Source of the DNA: Podarcis melisellensis
Lineage: Eukaryota
DNA length: 64,000 bases
Assembly: GCA_964234715.1 (NCBI GenBank)
Contig: OZ174280.1
Direction: 5' to 3' (one strand)
Notes under the pieces: model-generated
The model's database searches: none
What the model saw: only the letters and a program-made list of their open reading frames with translations
What the model was told of the DNA's origin: nothing
Shown here: one piece after another, positions 24,037 to 35,607 of the stretch
Layout of the letters: each line of letters opens with the position of its first letter
Position numbering within the stretch: the first letter of the stretch is position 1
Position numbers and translations under genes: made by a program

Positions 24037-25404
24037 TCTGCACTGTTTGTGCCTCTTGTTATAAGATCATCTTGCTCATTTCCCTTTCATCTCTTTAGAG
24101 TCCAATTTGTGGTCCATGAAGCTGAACAGGTTTTAAATGTTTAATTATTACAGTGAGATTTGAGAGGTTTTCCAGAAAATGATCTTCACTAAAAAGCGAT
24201 AAATTATAGGTGGAAGGTGTGTGTGTGTGTGTGTGTAGACACACAGACACATAAAATAGAAATGATGACTTTTCAAATTCAAAAATTTTAACACTGACCT
24301 TTGATTACACCAAGGTAGTTTTGCAAAAACAAGCATTGCTCTTTTTTTAAAAAAAAAAAAAAACACCAAACCAAACCCTAGGTAAAAGTATACATTAAAA
24401 AGCAGCAAGAATTATCATAGGAGACTAATTAAAACACACACAAAATGCCCATCTCTGTTGCTTTTGTGAAATCCTCTACAGTTCAAGCCAAATGAAAGTA
24501 AGGTGAGCCAATTAGAACACAAGTCACGTCTAAGTATTTCATTTTCCATGTCCTTCAGCATGATAGCCCACTGAATACCTTTTTAAAGCTCTGCCGTGAC
24601 AACAGCAGGTTGAATATAATGAACAATGTTAAAAATGGGGATGCGCAACGACAAAGCTGGGGAATGAGAAATCGCCTGGAAAACCGACTGGCTATAATTA
24701 CTGAATGGCAGTTCTGTCTCAGTTGGCTTTTGAACAAAGGTAGGCGCCTTCAGCGACTTTTTCCTCGGCAAAAAAAAAAAATGAAAGGAAGGAAAGATGC
24801 AAATATACACTGTCCCTAACCAAAGTCACTGTCTGCTTTCATTAAGTTCATATTTTTCCTCCTTTTAAGTTTTGAGGTCTGTGATATTTACAGAGGCATA
24901 GAACAAACACACAGCAATCAATGCTGAAAGTGAAAACTACAGGTAGAAGTCCAAAGCCATGGTTTTGAGGGTTTAGCTCAGACCAGCAGAAGTTGTGACT
25001 TACCCAAGCCAAGCACAACCATTAGTTCAGTCTAGTGGAGTTCTGTACATGTGGAGGCCACATCACACAGCTGCTAGGCTGTGTTTGGTAGTTACAAGTT
25101 GCCAGACACAAGTGGCAGAGGCCTGGTTTAGTGAGAACACCTCTGCTTTGATGACTCTCACATTGTCCCCTACTGTAGATTTATACATTCAAAAACATCT
25201 ATAACACTCAAAGTACCATCTATCCATGGGTTGGGTCCTCAGGAAGAACAATCAGCAGGTGCCACTACTGCAGCGAAAAGACCAATGTTGCTGGTTCACA
25301 AGGGAATGCAATTAGTATTCTAGCACACATACTAGAAGCTGCTAGTAAGATACAGAATGCAAGGCAAATACTCCAGGAATTGTCAGATGTGAGGCTTAAC
25401 ATGG

Positions 25405-25566
25405 CAGACCCTCCAAGTGGCCCTATTTTCCAGGGACAGTCCTGGATTTACAGAAGCCATCCCAGTTTCTGATTTGATCCTGGAATGTCCCACTTTTCCT
25501 AAGGACGTCCGTATTTTCATCGGAGAAATGTTGGTGGGTATGGAGTTTTGCGATCCCCGAGCCAAG
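25405..25566 (+). mobile_element. Composite DNA transposon, truncated copy D
   Basis: CAGACCCTCCAAG...GGGTATG unit followed by the same 'gagttttgcgatccccgagccaag' junction seen in copies B and C. Confidence 0.75.
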
Positions 25567-25945
25567 ATGTATTTTAATTAATCGTACCTTCTTTGACCCT
25601 GCGCCATTCCTTCTGAAATTTTGCGGGTTAGAAGCACCTCTTTGCTGTATGATAGTTTCGCATGCAAATTGCCCCCTGAAATCACACATGAGAAAGCAAA
25701 TTTCTTCAGTTCTACCCCCACAAACATACAAGAGCAATCTTAAAAGATGCCTAGCACAAAAACCTTGCACTTACAACTTGAAATTTGGGGGGTTTCTTAT
25801 CTTGGGGCACCTTTAAGATGCAACATGTTCAAACAAATTGCACACAAAACAACAGGGACATCAAGTGAATCATTTCTTGAAAAAGAACCAAGGTTTATTA
25901 TGGCTATCTTTGCGGGGGAAATCCTGCCCCTATTCTTTTGAAATA

Positions 25946-26166
25946 CAGTGGTACCTCAGGTTACATACGCTTCAGGCTACAGACTCCGCTAACCCAGAAA
26001 TGGTGCTTCAGGTTAAGAACTTTGCTTCAGGATGGGAAATCATGCTCCTGCGGCACGGTGGCAGCAGGAGGCCCCATTAGCTAAAGTGGTGCTTCAGGTT
26101 AAGAACAGTTTCAGGTTAAGTACGGACCTCCGGAACGAATTAAGTACTTAACCTGAGGTACCACTG
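25946..26166 (+). mobile_element. Tc1/mariner (Tigger/pogo-like) MITE
   Basis: TIRs CAGTGGTACCTCAGGTTA / TAACCTGAGGTACCACTG; TA TSD. Confidence 0.93.
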
Positions 26167-27317
26167 TATACACTCCACTTCAAATGCCCACAAATTTTAT
26201 TCAATTCTGCCAAAAAGTAAAGAGGTTATCATTATTTTTAAAAATTACCTCCCAAAAGAGAATGAAGAGACACAGAACTTTGTTTTTCTGATTAAGACCC
26301 AAGATGAAGTGGAAGATTCTGAATTCACCTGAGTCTGTTTGGGATACTTTCTGATTCAGGGTCTGAACTGGATCTTGTGTTTGATGCACAGCCCTAATAG
26401 AAAGCACTGTTTTAAGGAGGCAGGTGAAACAATGTGAGCTACTTGTTGTCTTTTTAAAAAAAAAAACCCAAAATCCAAGAATGAGATGGATCTACACATT
26501 AGGAAAACAGTGGGTTGGGTTTTGTGCAACCATTTGTCACAGATTTGTTTGTTTTTAATATGACCTGTTTCTTGGACTCTGTCAGAATAGCATGAGGCAC
26601 AGATTTGAAGAGGACAGCACATTCTGTTTTACACTTTATGTCTTACTTCCCCCGTATTCTAGTGCTTAACAAAATGACTTCAACCACCACCTGTTTCAAT
26701 GTTTTATTCATAAATCTTTCATCTTTATTTTTTTTTAAGTTTCAGTTGCCTAGCTTAGAGGTACAAAACTAAAAAGAAGAAATGTTTGGATGTGTAAATT
26801 GCAGGACAGGTTCTCACTGCAGTTATGTTGTAGGGAACTATATTTCTGATGCATTTTTTTCCTATTTTACTTTGTACTGCAGGACAAAGAAAGATACATA
26901 AAGGGTGGTTCTAACAACAAAGTGGGATGACCCATGTGATGTTTGACTCTCTCTTTTTTTACCCAGGTCTGTGCATGTTCATATGTGCACTTGCAGAGAC
27001 AGCTATGTGCAGTGGGTGTTACCCCCACATCATTTTCTCTCGCTGGCTGAGTTTCAAAAATATAATTATAGTCCCATTCGCTCAATCCAGGCTTGGTGTG
27101 CTAGCTCTATAATAATGGCCAGTCAGGCTGTTTTTACCTTACATAACATTGTTGTTCATTCTCAGTCAGTGAGAAGCACCTGTCGGCAACTGTCTCCAGT
27201 CCCAGTGGTCCCAGAGGGGGACCCACTATCCCAGCTAAGGTCTACAATGCGAACTCCTAGAGAAAGCCATTTCCACAATGAGCCTCAAGTGGTCATGATA
27301 CAGTTGAGGGGAAGTAA

Positions 27318-27382
<65 letters not shown>
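27318..27382. repeat. Compound (GT)n(GA)n microsatellite
   Basis: Direct reading; explains the CVCV/ERER ORFs. Confidence 0.95.
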
Positions 27383-27386
<4 letters not shown>

Positions 27387-28158
27387 GCAAAGGCAGCCAG
27401 CTATCAAAAGCTTTTGACACCTTCCCATTCCTCATACATCTCCTGCTATCACTGATTCTCCACCTCCCATTGTGTGTTTCTCTGTTGTCTCCTCTCCCTG
27501 CTTCCTCCCCTGCATGCTTATGCCAAATATCCTTTATCCCATGCCACCTCCAGCAGAGCAAGCAGTTCAGTCTGCATCCATTTAATAGATACAGCAGTAT
27601 TTGTTGAAAAATATGTATTTGGAGCTTCACAGGTGCACAGGTGTGCATGGATAAGTTGCGTCAAACGCACACAAATTAATATCATGTCATCAATGATTAG
27701 CTGATTAGAATAAAATGGAGGATAAAACTTGCTTCCCACAGATCCACAGTAAGGTCTTGGAGTGGGAGAAGGAAGTTGGGAAAGGGCTGCCCAAGCAGTT
27801 CTGCTAGATCCAAACTACTCCCACCAGAATTATAATAGTACCACACCACTATATTATATGTTATATGGACAGAAGCAGGAAAAGTAGGCTTAAACCTAGC
27901 CTGGAAAATCCTAGAATAAAGGGTCAGAAGGAGTGGTATCATGTTGTATTGCAAGGAGGTAAGAAGCAGTAGAGGGACGCGGGTGGCACTGTGGGTTAAA
28001 CCAACAGTAGATGGAGCCAGAACCAATGACACACAAAGTCAACTAGTTCCAGTTTTGTCCCTCACAATACAAGGGGCAATATTAAGGAAGGTGCTGACCC
28101 CAGGACTGGATGCAAGTAAGAAGGGAGGCAGGTGGGGGCTGGCTAAAGACAGACTGAG

Positions 28159-28495
28159 AAGACCCTGCAAACGTCCTTATTTTTCCAGGGTCAGTTCTGG
28201 GTTTACAGAAGCCACCCCAGTTTCTGAATTGATCCCAGATTGTCCCACTTTTTCTTAGACCATCCCTGTGTTCATCAGAGAAACACTGGATTCCCGAGCC
28301 AAGGAGATAAGTAACTATACAACCTTTAGAAGACATCTGAAGGCAGCCTTTTTATTATGTTTTTATGTTGGAAGCTACCAAGAGTGGCTGGGGCAACCCA
28401 GTCAGACGGGCAGGGTATGAAGAATAAAAGCATTGTTTGTTATTATTATGGAATAGAACATCCATAGTTTCATCAGAGAAACGTTGGAGGGTATG
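28159..28495 (+). mobile_element. Composite DNA transposon (MITE plus captured L2 3' end), copy A
   Basis: Left end AGACCCT, L2 segment about 28300-28430, right end TTGGAGGGTATG; flanks actgag/acagag. Confidence 0.75.
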
Positions 28496-29080
28496 ACAGA
28501 GACTAATGGGACAGTGCCCCATTTCCCATAATGGGCCAGGCTCCACTGTCCGTATGTGAGGAGCCATTCCATGAGATCATCAGGACCCAGGGGATTAGAA
28601 CCAGCATGTTAAACTGAGCCCATTGATGGACAAGCACCATTTTGCTGCAGCAGACATTCCAGAACCATCTCAGAGCCCCCAGAATTTCAGTAATTGAACC
28701 AAATAATGTACAGCATTTTTCAGCATATTGTCTGAAGCTGATAAAAACAAGCCACAGCTGCGATCTGAGAAGCAACGGGCAACACCAAGCCAAAGTCACA
28801 GTGACTTCAATGCAACCCACCCATGATGGATTTCCATGATTTCATGAATGCTAACAAGCTCAAAAATCCTTCAATATGGGGAAGAATAAGAAACTAAAAA
28901 GCAATGGGAGGACAATCATTCTGAAAGGAGACAGGGCATGCTTTGGTCACATCATTATGATAGCACAGGGCCAGAACCTTCATGGTGAATGTATTCTGTC
29001 ATCCTCTGGGACCTCTCCTTCGTTAGAAAGACTTGCTCAGGGCAAGACGCCAGACTTGAGTCAAGTCTTTCAGCATGCCA

Positions 29081-29486
29081 TAGAGATGGGACAGAAATTT
29101 GGTTCATTTCTCATTTAAAGGCAAATTTACCTAATCTGCTCTTTACAAAGCACAGCCATCCACTGAAATCCACACTTCCCTAAATTTTGCAATACAGTTC
29201 AACAGTCAGGTAATGCTTACAAAAATGCATATACTAGGGTAAAGTGTGCATATGAATGTATCTGTTTGTGAAAATAACATGGAGAAAGCATTATATTGGG
29301 GGGAATTGCTTGTGGATACATATATATTGGGCACATTGCATTAAAAACGTGTATATCAAGAGAAATTTGTACAAAAATGCTAATGAATTATCATGAAAAT
29401 TTCTTTCTTTTTTTAAAATGGAAACTGATGTGGAGAACTGAATTTAAAACTTGAGAAACCAAAACAGACAGATTCTCCTATCCTTA
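29081..29486 (+). mobile_element. hAT-like non-autonomous element
   Basis: Termini TAGAGATGGG / CCTATCCTTA; 8-bp TSD gcatgcca/gtctgcca. Confidence 0.65.
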
Positions 29487-30473
29487 GTCTGCCATAATTC
29501 ATAACTGTTTCAGATGGCAAAATGGTTCCTTCTACTTCTGCCTTTGTTGAAACTTTGTAAGTTATACACAAGTTCTGAGGAGAACTTCAAAATTTGGTTG
29601 CTTGGGGTTCCTCTCTAATGAAAACTCAACTGTACTGATATTACACTAATGTAGTCCTACATCACCAAATCCAAGTTGAATTACAAAAAGATGAAGTACT
29701 AGAGACAAACATAAATTCAAATGATCTTAAAAATTAAAGTTGATTCATGTATATCTGCATATAGGATAAATACTTGTTCAAAATACTATATTAACTTTTA
29801 AACAAGCTGATAATACATAAAACTGTTTTAATAAGATAAAATAGATGTATCATGCATCTGAAAACAATTTTACAGTATTAGCCAGCTAATTATGTGCTTT
29901 TTCACTGAAAAGAAAATGAGAACAGGGGCAAATTTTCCTATGGCAAACTGATTAATTCAGCAAGAAAATTAAAAAAAGTTCTTGCACTGACCCTGATATA
30001 TTACTTAATAACCAAGTTCACACAAAAAAAAATCTTATAAAGTAGGTTGTTTAGCAAATTTCCACTTGGTTTTAAGCACACAAACAAGAGTTCAAAAATA
30101 GTCTTAAAACAAAGTTTTCCAATGGCAAACCAGCGATGGAAACTGAAAACTATTAGTTGAACTAGCAAGTGCAAGTGTTTGGCTGACTCTCTGATGGATA
30201 AACTACACAGTGCAATAAGCACTCCTCCTAAAGAGCATGGCCTCAATCCAGATCATGTTGATCCAGATTGGAGACTTCCACTGCCTTATACGGCCCCAAG
30301 TTCTTCTACGCTGCAAACAGCACCTTTAGGGGGCAAACAGCAGCCAGGACAACAGTTTCATAAGCAAAATAGTGCAGGGGCCCCATCCAGATCAGAATCA
30401 TAGTCCAGACAGGGCCTCACAAATACTTTTTCTTCAAAATAGAAGCACATTTTATACAACAACAATGCATTGT

Positions 30474-30720
30474 CAGTGGCGTGTGGTCAGTGGACTAGGG
30501 GGGCTAGGCCAGTCCCCTAAATGTTCCCAGTAAATTAGAGTAGTGAAGTATTAATGCCTGGTGCCTCCTTCCTAAGGCCAGGGAAGCTTCTCCCCAGCTT
30601 GGGGAGGGAGGCACAATACGCATATGCATGACATTGGGGTGTTCCCCACCCGCCTCCCTCGCAAGCTGCTGCCTCTATCCCTAACTGTTCCCCTCCAAAA
30701 AATTTCATCACGCGCCATTG
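30474..30720. mobile_element. Probable hAT MITE
   Basis: TIRs CAGTGGCGTGTG / CACGCGCCATTG; TSD unclear. Confidence 0.55.
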
Positions 30721-30910
30721 TCACGTTGCTATCCCTGCTAAATAATCTGATTGAATTTACAGGAGACTGACATAAAAAAAACCATGGTATAATTATAAAA
30801 TTCCCATAAGAAAAGACAGTTGGAAAGGTGAGAACACACTTTTTTTCACCTTTGTATTACCGATTCCCCCTCTACGGGAATCTAGGATTTTGCAAACCAT
30901 AACACCCTAG

Positions 30911-31376
30911 TATCACCTTGCCAACAAAGGTCTGTATAGTTAAAGCTATGGTTTTCCCAGTAGGGATGTATGGAAGTGAGAGCTGGACCATAAAGAAGGC
31001 TCATCGCTGAAGAATTGATGCTTTTGAATTGTGGTGCTGGAGGAGACTCTTGAGAGTCCCATGGACTGCAAGAAAATCAAACCCATCCATTCTTAAGGAA
31101 ATCAGCCCTGAGTGCTCACTGGAAGGACAGATCCTGAAGCTGAGGCTCCAATACTTTGGCCACCTCATGAGAAGAGAAGACTCCCTGGAAAAGACCCTGA
31201 TGTTGGGAAAGATGGAGGGCACAAGGAGAAGGGGATGACAGAGGACGAGATGGTTGGACAGTGTTCTCGAAGTTATGAATATGAGTTTGACCAAGCTGCA
31301 GGAGGCGGTGGAGGACAGGAGTGCCTGGCGTGCTCTGATCCATGTGGTCACGAAGAGTTGGACACAACTAAACAAC
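30911..31376 (+). mobile_element. BovB (RTE) LINE, 5'-truncated 3' end
   Basis: Encodes ...FELWCWRRLLRVPWTARKSNPSILKEISPECSLEGQILKLRLQYFGHLMRREDSLEKTLMLGK..., the BovB ORF C-terminus; ends 'gtcacgaagagttggacacaactaaacaac'. Confidence 0.95.
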
Positions 31377-31719
31377 TGTTAGATTCACAAAAGTTTAGGG
31401 GTATGTATACCCCTGCGTCCCCCCAGAGAAAAGCACTGGCTATACCATTGTCATATGGCGTGCAAAGTTCATCATCATCATCATACAAGGAAAGACATAT
31501 TAGAATGCTGTTATAGTCATCCAAATTCCCATGCATGAAGAGTAGACATTTTGAACAGCAAAGACGCAGACTTTTGCCATCAACACTCTTTTTCTTCCAG
31601 GGAGCCAGCAGGGAAGCCAATGTTTATTTTAAGTGAACCATTTTGGGAGGGGGGGGGGTGATAGGAAGGCATTGCTCTTATAAAACCAAAGATCCACAAG
31701 TGTTTCTCAACACACACAG

Positions 31720-32180
31720 CAAAGTCAGACTTTTAACATGCATAAAATGCAGCTGAGGATTTTCGCTAATGATCTCCCGGCTGTAACATAGTTAATTGAG
31801 GCCAAACAGTCACAAGGTCTGAAACAAAACAGGCAACTCCCCCATGTGTGGATAAACTGTTAATTTGATGGTTTTATTTGATGAATTGTTTAAAAAGTAA
31901 TTGCATGAGTTCCAATACCATTCCCGTTTCCATAGCTAATGAATATATAAAATATTTACTAGCCGACTCCCGCAGAAATGACTCTCGCATTATTCATAAT
32001 ATTTCTCACAAATTGCTCATGCTTCATTTTGCGTGGTCTTTCTAGGCAACTGAACCTCATTTTCACCCGTGGAGGACACAAGCATTTCTCAACTGATTGA
32101 TTTTGTACTGGTCAATTAAGCCAGCTTTAATTCTTGCTTGTCATTCTTAACGTAATCTGAAATTTGTGCTTTTTTTGGTG
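31720..32180. promoter_or_regulatory. Candidate conserved non-coding element
   Basis: Repeat-free, with many TAAT/TAATT cores, TGATTGAT (PBX) and an RFX-like GTTTCCATAGC. Confidence 0.4.
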
Positions 32181-32372
32181 TTGGGGGGGAATCAGATGAA
32201 AATATCATAGCAGGCACCTGATGGTGGGAAAGAATAATGAGCAGCGGGAGTGTTGGACTTGATTTTCTCCAGGTTCAATATCAAATAGGATTTCAAATGA
32301 GAGAAAAGGAAAAATAGTTTTCAAACAGTTTAACAAAAGATGTAGAAATCTCCGAATACCAGTTGCTGGAAA

Positions 32373-32718
32373 CAGAGCCGTCTTTCCCATACGGCTTAGT
32401 GGTTCGTTGCACCAGGGTACCGGCCTCTCAGGGGCGCCCCAGCAAGTGGGGGAGCTGTGCGGCTTTGCCAGTGGCCTCCCCTTTCCCTGCACGCCCGCCA
32501 GCTGTGCCCCGTCAAACATATGGCTGGTGGGCACGCAGCTTCCCTCCCAAGCCTCTGCGGGGATTGCTCTCCTGCAGCGGCATGGGGGAGAGTTGCGCAC
32601 ACGCCCCCATGGCTGGCAGTGCGCGGCTTCGCCATGCCCACCCTCCACTATCTGTGGTAATTTGGGGGCACTGAGCAGATATTTGCATCCCAGCACCACA
32701 TCTGCTAAAGACGGCCTG
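32373..32718. mobile_element. GC-rich hAT MITE
   Basis: TIRs CAGAGCCGTCTTT / AAAGACGGCCTG; perfect 8-bp TSD GCTGGAAA (32365-32372, 32719-32726). Confidence 0.9.
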
Positions 32719-32819
32719 GCTGGAAACTACAGGAAGGGATTGTACTCTTGTGCTTCGGTCCTGCTTACAGGTTTCCCATAGGCATCTGGTTGGTCTCTGA
32801 GAACAGGGTGCTGGGCTAG

Positions 32820-33392
32820 CAGATCCCCCAAGTCTCCATATTTTCCAGGGGCAGTCCCTATTTTCACTGGAGAAATTTTGAAGGATAGGACGTCTCTATT
32901 TTCAGCAAAGAAATATTTGATGGTATGGAGTTATGCAACCCCCGAGCCAAGGAGATACAATCTTTAGAGGACACCTGAAGGTATACGGAAGTATTTTTAA
33001 TGTTTACTGTTTCATTAGCTTTTTATATATGTTTGAAAGCACACCAGTGCAAGTATATAAATAGGTACCACTGTGGCGGGAAGGTAAACGGTGTTTCCGT
33101 GCACTCTGGTTTCCATCACGATGTTCTGTTGCACCAGAAGCGCTCTAGTCATGCTGGCCACATGACCCAGAAAGCTGTCTGCGAACAAACGCCGGCTCCC
33201 TCAGCCTGAAAGCGAGATGAGCACCTCAACCCCATAGTTGCTTTTGACTGGACTTAACCGTCCAGGGGTCCTTTACCTTTTACCTTATTTATGTTGTAAG
33301 CCACCCAGAGTAGCTGGAGCAACCCAGTAAGATGGTTGGGATACAAATAATAAAATTATTTATTATTATTATGAGAAATGTTGAAGGGTATG
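32820..33392 (+). mobile_element. Composite DNA transposon, copy B, inserted in a CR1-type tail and hosting a Sauria SINE
   Basis: Perfect flanking repeat GGCTAG (32814-32819, 33393-33398); the empty target reads gctgggctag|atgagccattggtctgatccagcagg. Confidence 0.8.
33034..33285 (+). mobile_element. 5'-truncated Sauria SINE (second subfamily)
   Basis: 'agtgcaagtatataaataggtacc...ggggtcctttaccttttacc'; TSD tatatatgtt/tatttatgtt. Confidence 0.9.
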
Positions 33393-35094
33393 GGCTAGAT
33401 GAGCCATTGGTCTGATCCAGCAGGCCTGATCCCATGCACACTTTCCCATAAGTAAGTCTCACTGCAAGTATATATCCGTAAGGTTCTGCTGTTTAAGTAC
33501 TTTTAATGAAATTTCTCTAGTTAACTTTTCTCAAAGGAGGGGAAATACTTGAAATGTGAGAGTTCTGCTTGAAATAAAAACAAAGGCAAACAGGGGGAGG
33601 GGTGAAAAAGGGTAGACTTTTTCTTCTCAAAAATCTTTCCAATTTCCTCCCCCACACACACACACACTTTTTTTTTTTACAAAGTCTCACAAAGGAAAAT
33701 ACAAGCTCAATACATAAAACAAAATACACATTAAATGAAAAACCATGATTAACTTATTAAAAATTATTAAGTATGTAATTAGAAGAATTCCATTACATTA
33801 AGATACCAATTTCTTTAAAGCCTGAAATAATACCTACTGAAACTTTAATTATTTAAACAAGAGGAGAAAAAGGCATGTTATCTTCCCTGACAAAGATTAA
33901 AATCAATTTAATTGGTTCTCCACTGCCTTGACATGATTCTCGCTGTGAGTCAAGCAACCAAAAAGGGAAATTAATATTGCAGCTGTTAATCAAGTGATAT
34001 TTGTGCACTCCATCTTATTAAAGCCAAAGAAGCGAGAAGAAAACCTTATTGCTGTTACTTTTGGACCAATTTGCCCAGACTTTATTCAATGTGAGGAGGG
34101 AGGGGGGTGTTGCTTCAAAAATACAGGTGCTATATTTATGTTTTTGGAAACAGAACATCTTTTGCATCAAATTGACAGGGTAGGGCTGCTAAGAGGCTGT
34201 CAGTTGCGAAAAAGGAATTGCTAATCATACATCTTCTGTAAAAGAATAAGCTTGGTGGGTCCAAACTGAATATTGTACAAAATTAGTTTAATTTTCTCCA
34301 GGTTATGTTGGTCTTTTCTCCCTCCTCTAGATGCTTTCGAGTTGAAATTAGTAGGCAGAGCTGCAAAAAATAACCTATGGTTTAAAATAGGGTATGTCTG
34401 CAAATTGAAGCAATGTGCTTTTGTAGAAGATGACAACCACTTTTAGAGATTAAAATAAATCAACTATTCAAATTACCACACACACATTTGAAAGCAAGCA
34501 ACAACGGAGCAACGCTGAAGAACCTGCGGGTGCTATCTGTTGATTTTTTAAAAATGTTTTATCCTTCCAGTGCCTTTGTTAAAACCCAGCAAGTGAGTGA
34601 AATATTCAGCAATATCTACACTCAGCAAACTAATGTATCTGATTGTAAGAAAGTGGCATTGTGAAATATTTATGAGTTCTGAAATACAAACTGGTATGGG
34701 GCCTCATCATCTCTTATCAGCCCTTGTTAACTTTACAGATGATGAGAAGCACCGGAATAACTGAGGTTGTCAAAACTAATAGATCTAAGGGACGCTACAC
34801 CAACGTGGTTTCATCAAGAGAGCCATCTTCCATGAAATTTTAACTCCTTCGCTTCTCATTTGTAGACTATCACCATATTCCAAGCATGGAGATGTTTGCC
34901 ATTAACAGTATTGTTTAATATTGCTCATAGACAGATTACAAGATTAACAGCCTAATCCAAACCCAAGAACTGCCAGGATGGACACATTTGGATTAGGCAG
35001 ATCCTGGGCGAGCCTCCAGCTGAGCCAGGGTTTAGCCTGGGTTACACCACATTACTCCCAAGCTAAGGCTATGCTGGCTCAGCCAATGGAAATC

Positions 35095-35430
35095 CCAAAA
35101 AAGGGAAGGAGAGTCCACTACCTCCTGAGGGAGACCGTTCCACTATTGAACAGCTCTTACTGTCAGAAAGATTTTCCAAATGTTTAATCGGAATCTCCTT
35201 TCTTGTAACTTGAAGCCATTGGTTTGAATCCTAACCTCCAGAGCAGGAGAAAACAAGCTTGTTCCCTCTTCCATGTGACAGCCCTTTAGATATTTGAATA
35301 TGGCTCTCACCTCTCTTCTCAGTCTCCTCTTTTCCAGGCTAAACATACTCAGCTCCTTCAACCATTTGCCACAAGGCTTGGGGCCCAGACCATTGGTCGA
35401 CTTAGTTACCCTTCTCTGCATGTAGCCAAC
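35095..35430 (-). mobile_element. CR1 LINE ORF2 C-terminal fragment
   Basis: Encodes LKELSMFSLEKRRLRREVRAIFKYLKGCH...NGFKLQERRFRLNI. Confidence 0.9.
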
Positions 35431-35431
35431 T

Positions 35432-35607
35432 TCAGAACACTGTCCAACCATCTCGTCCTCTGTCGTCCCCTTCTCCTTGTGCCCTCCATCTTTCCCAACA
35501 TGAGGGTCTTTCCCAGGGAGTCTTCTCTTCTCATGAGGTGGCCAAAGTATTGGAGCCTCAGCTTCAGGATCTCTCCTTCTAGTGAGCACTCAGGGCTGAT
35601 TTCCTTA
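35432..35607 (-). mobile_element. Internal BovB fragment abutting CR1
   Basis: Reverse complement closely matches 31093-31270. Confidence 0.9.

Noticed and set aside
30179-30403. Pro/Gln-rich ORF
   Set aside because: TTG start, no splice signals or homology recognised
35143-35589. 148-aa fusion protein
   Set aside because: The BovB part is read in a non-native frame and there is no promoter or splice support
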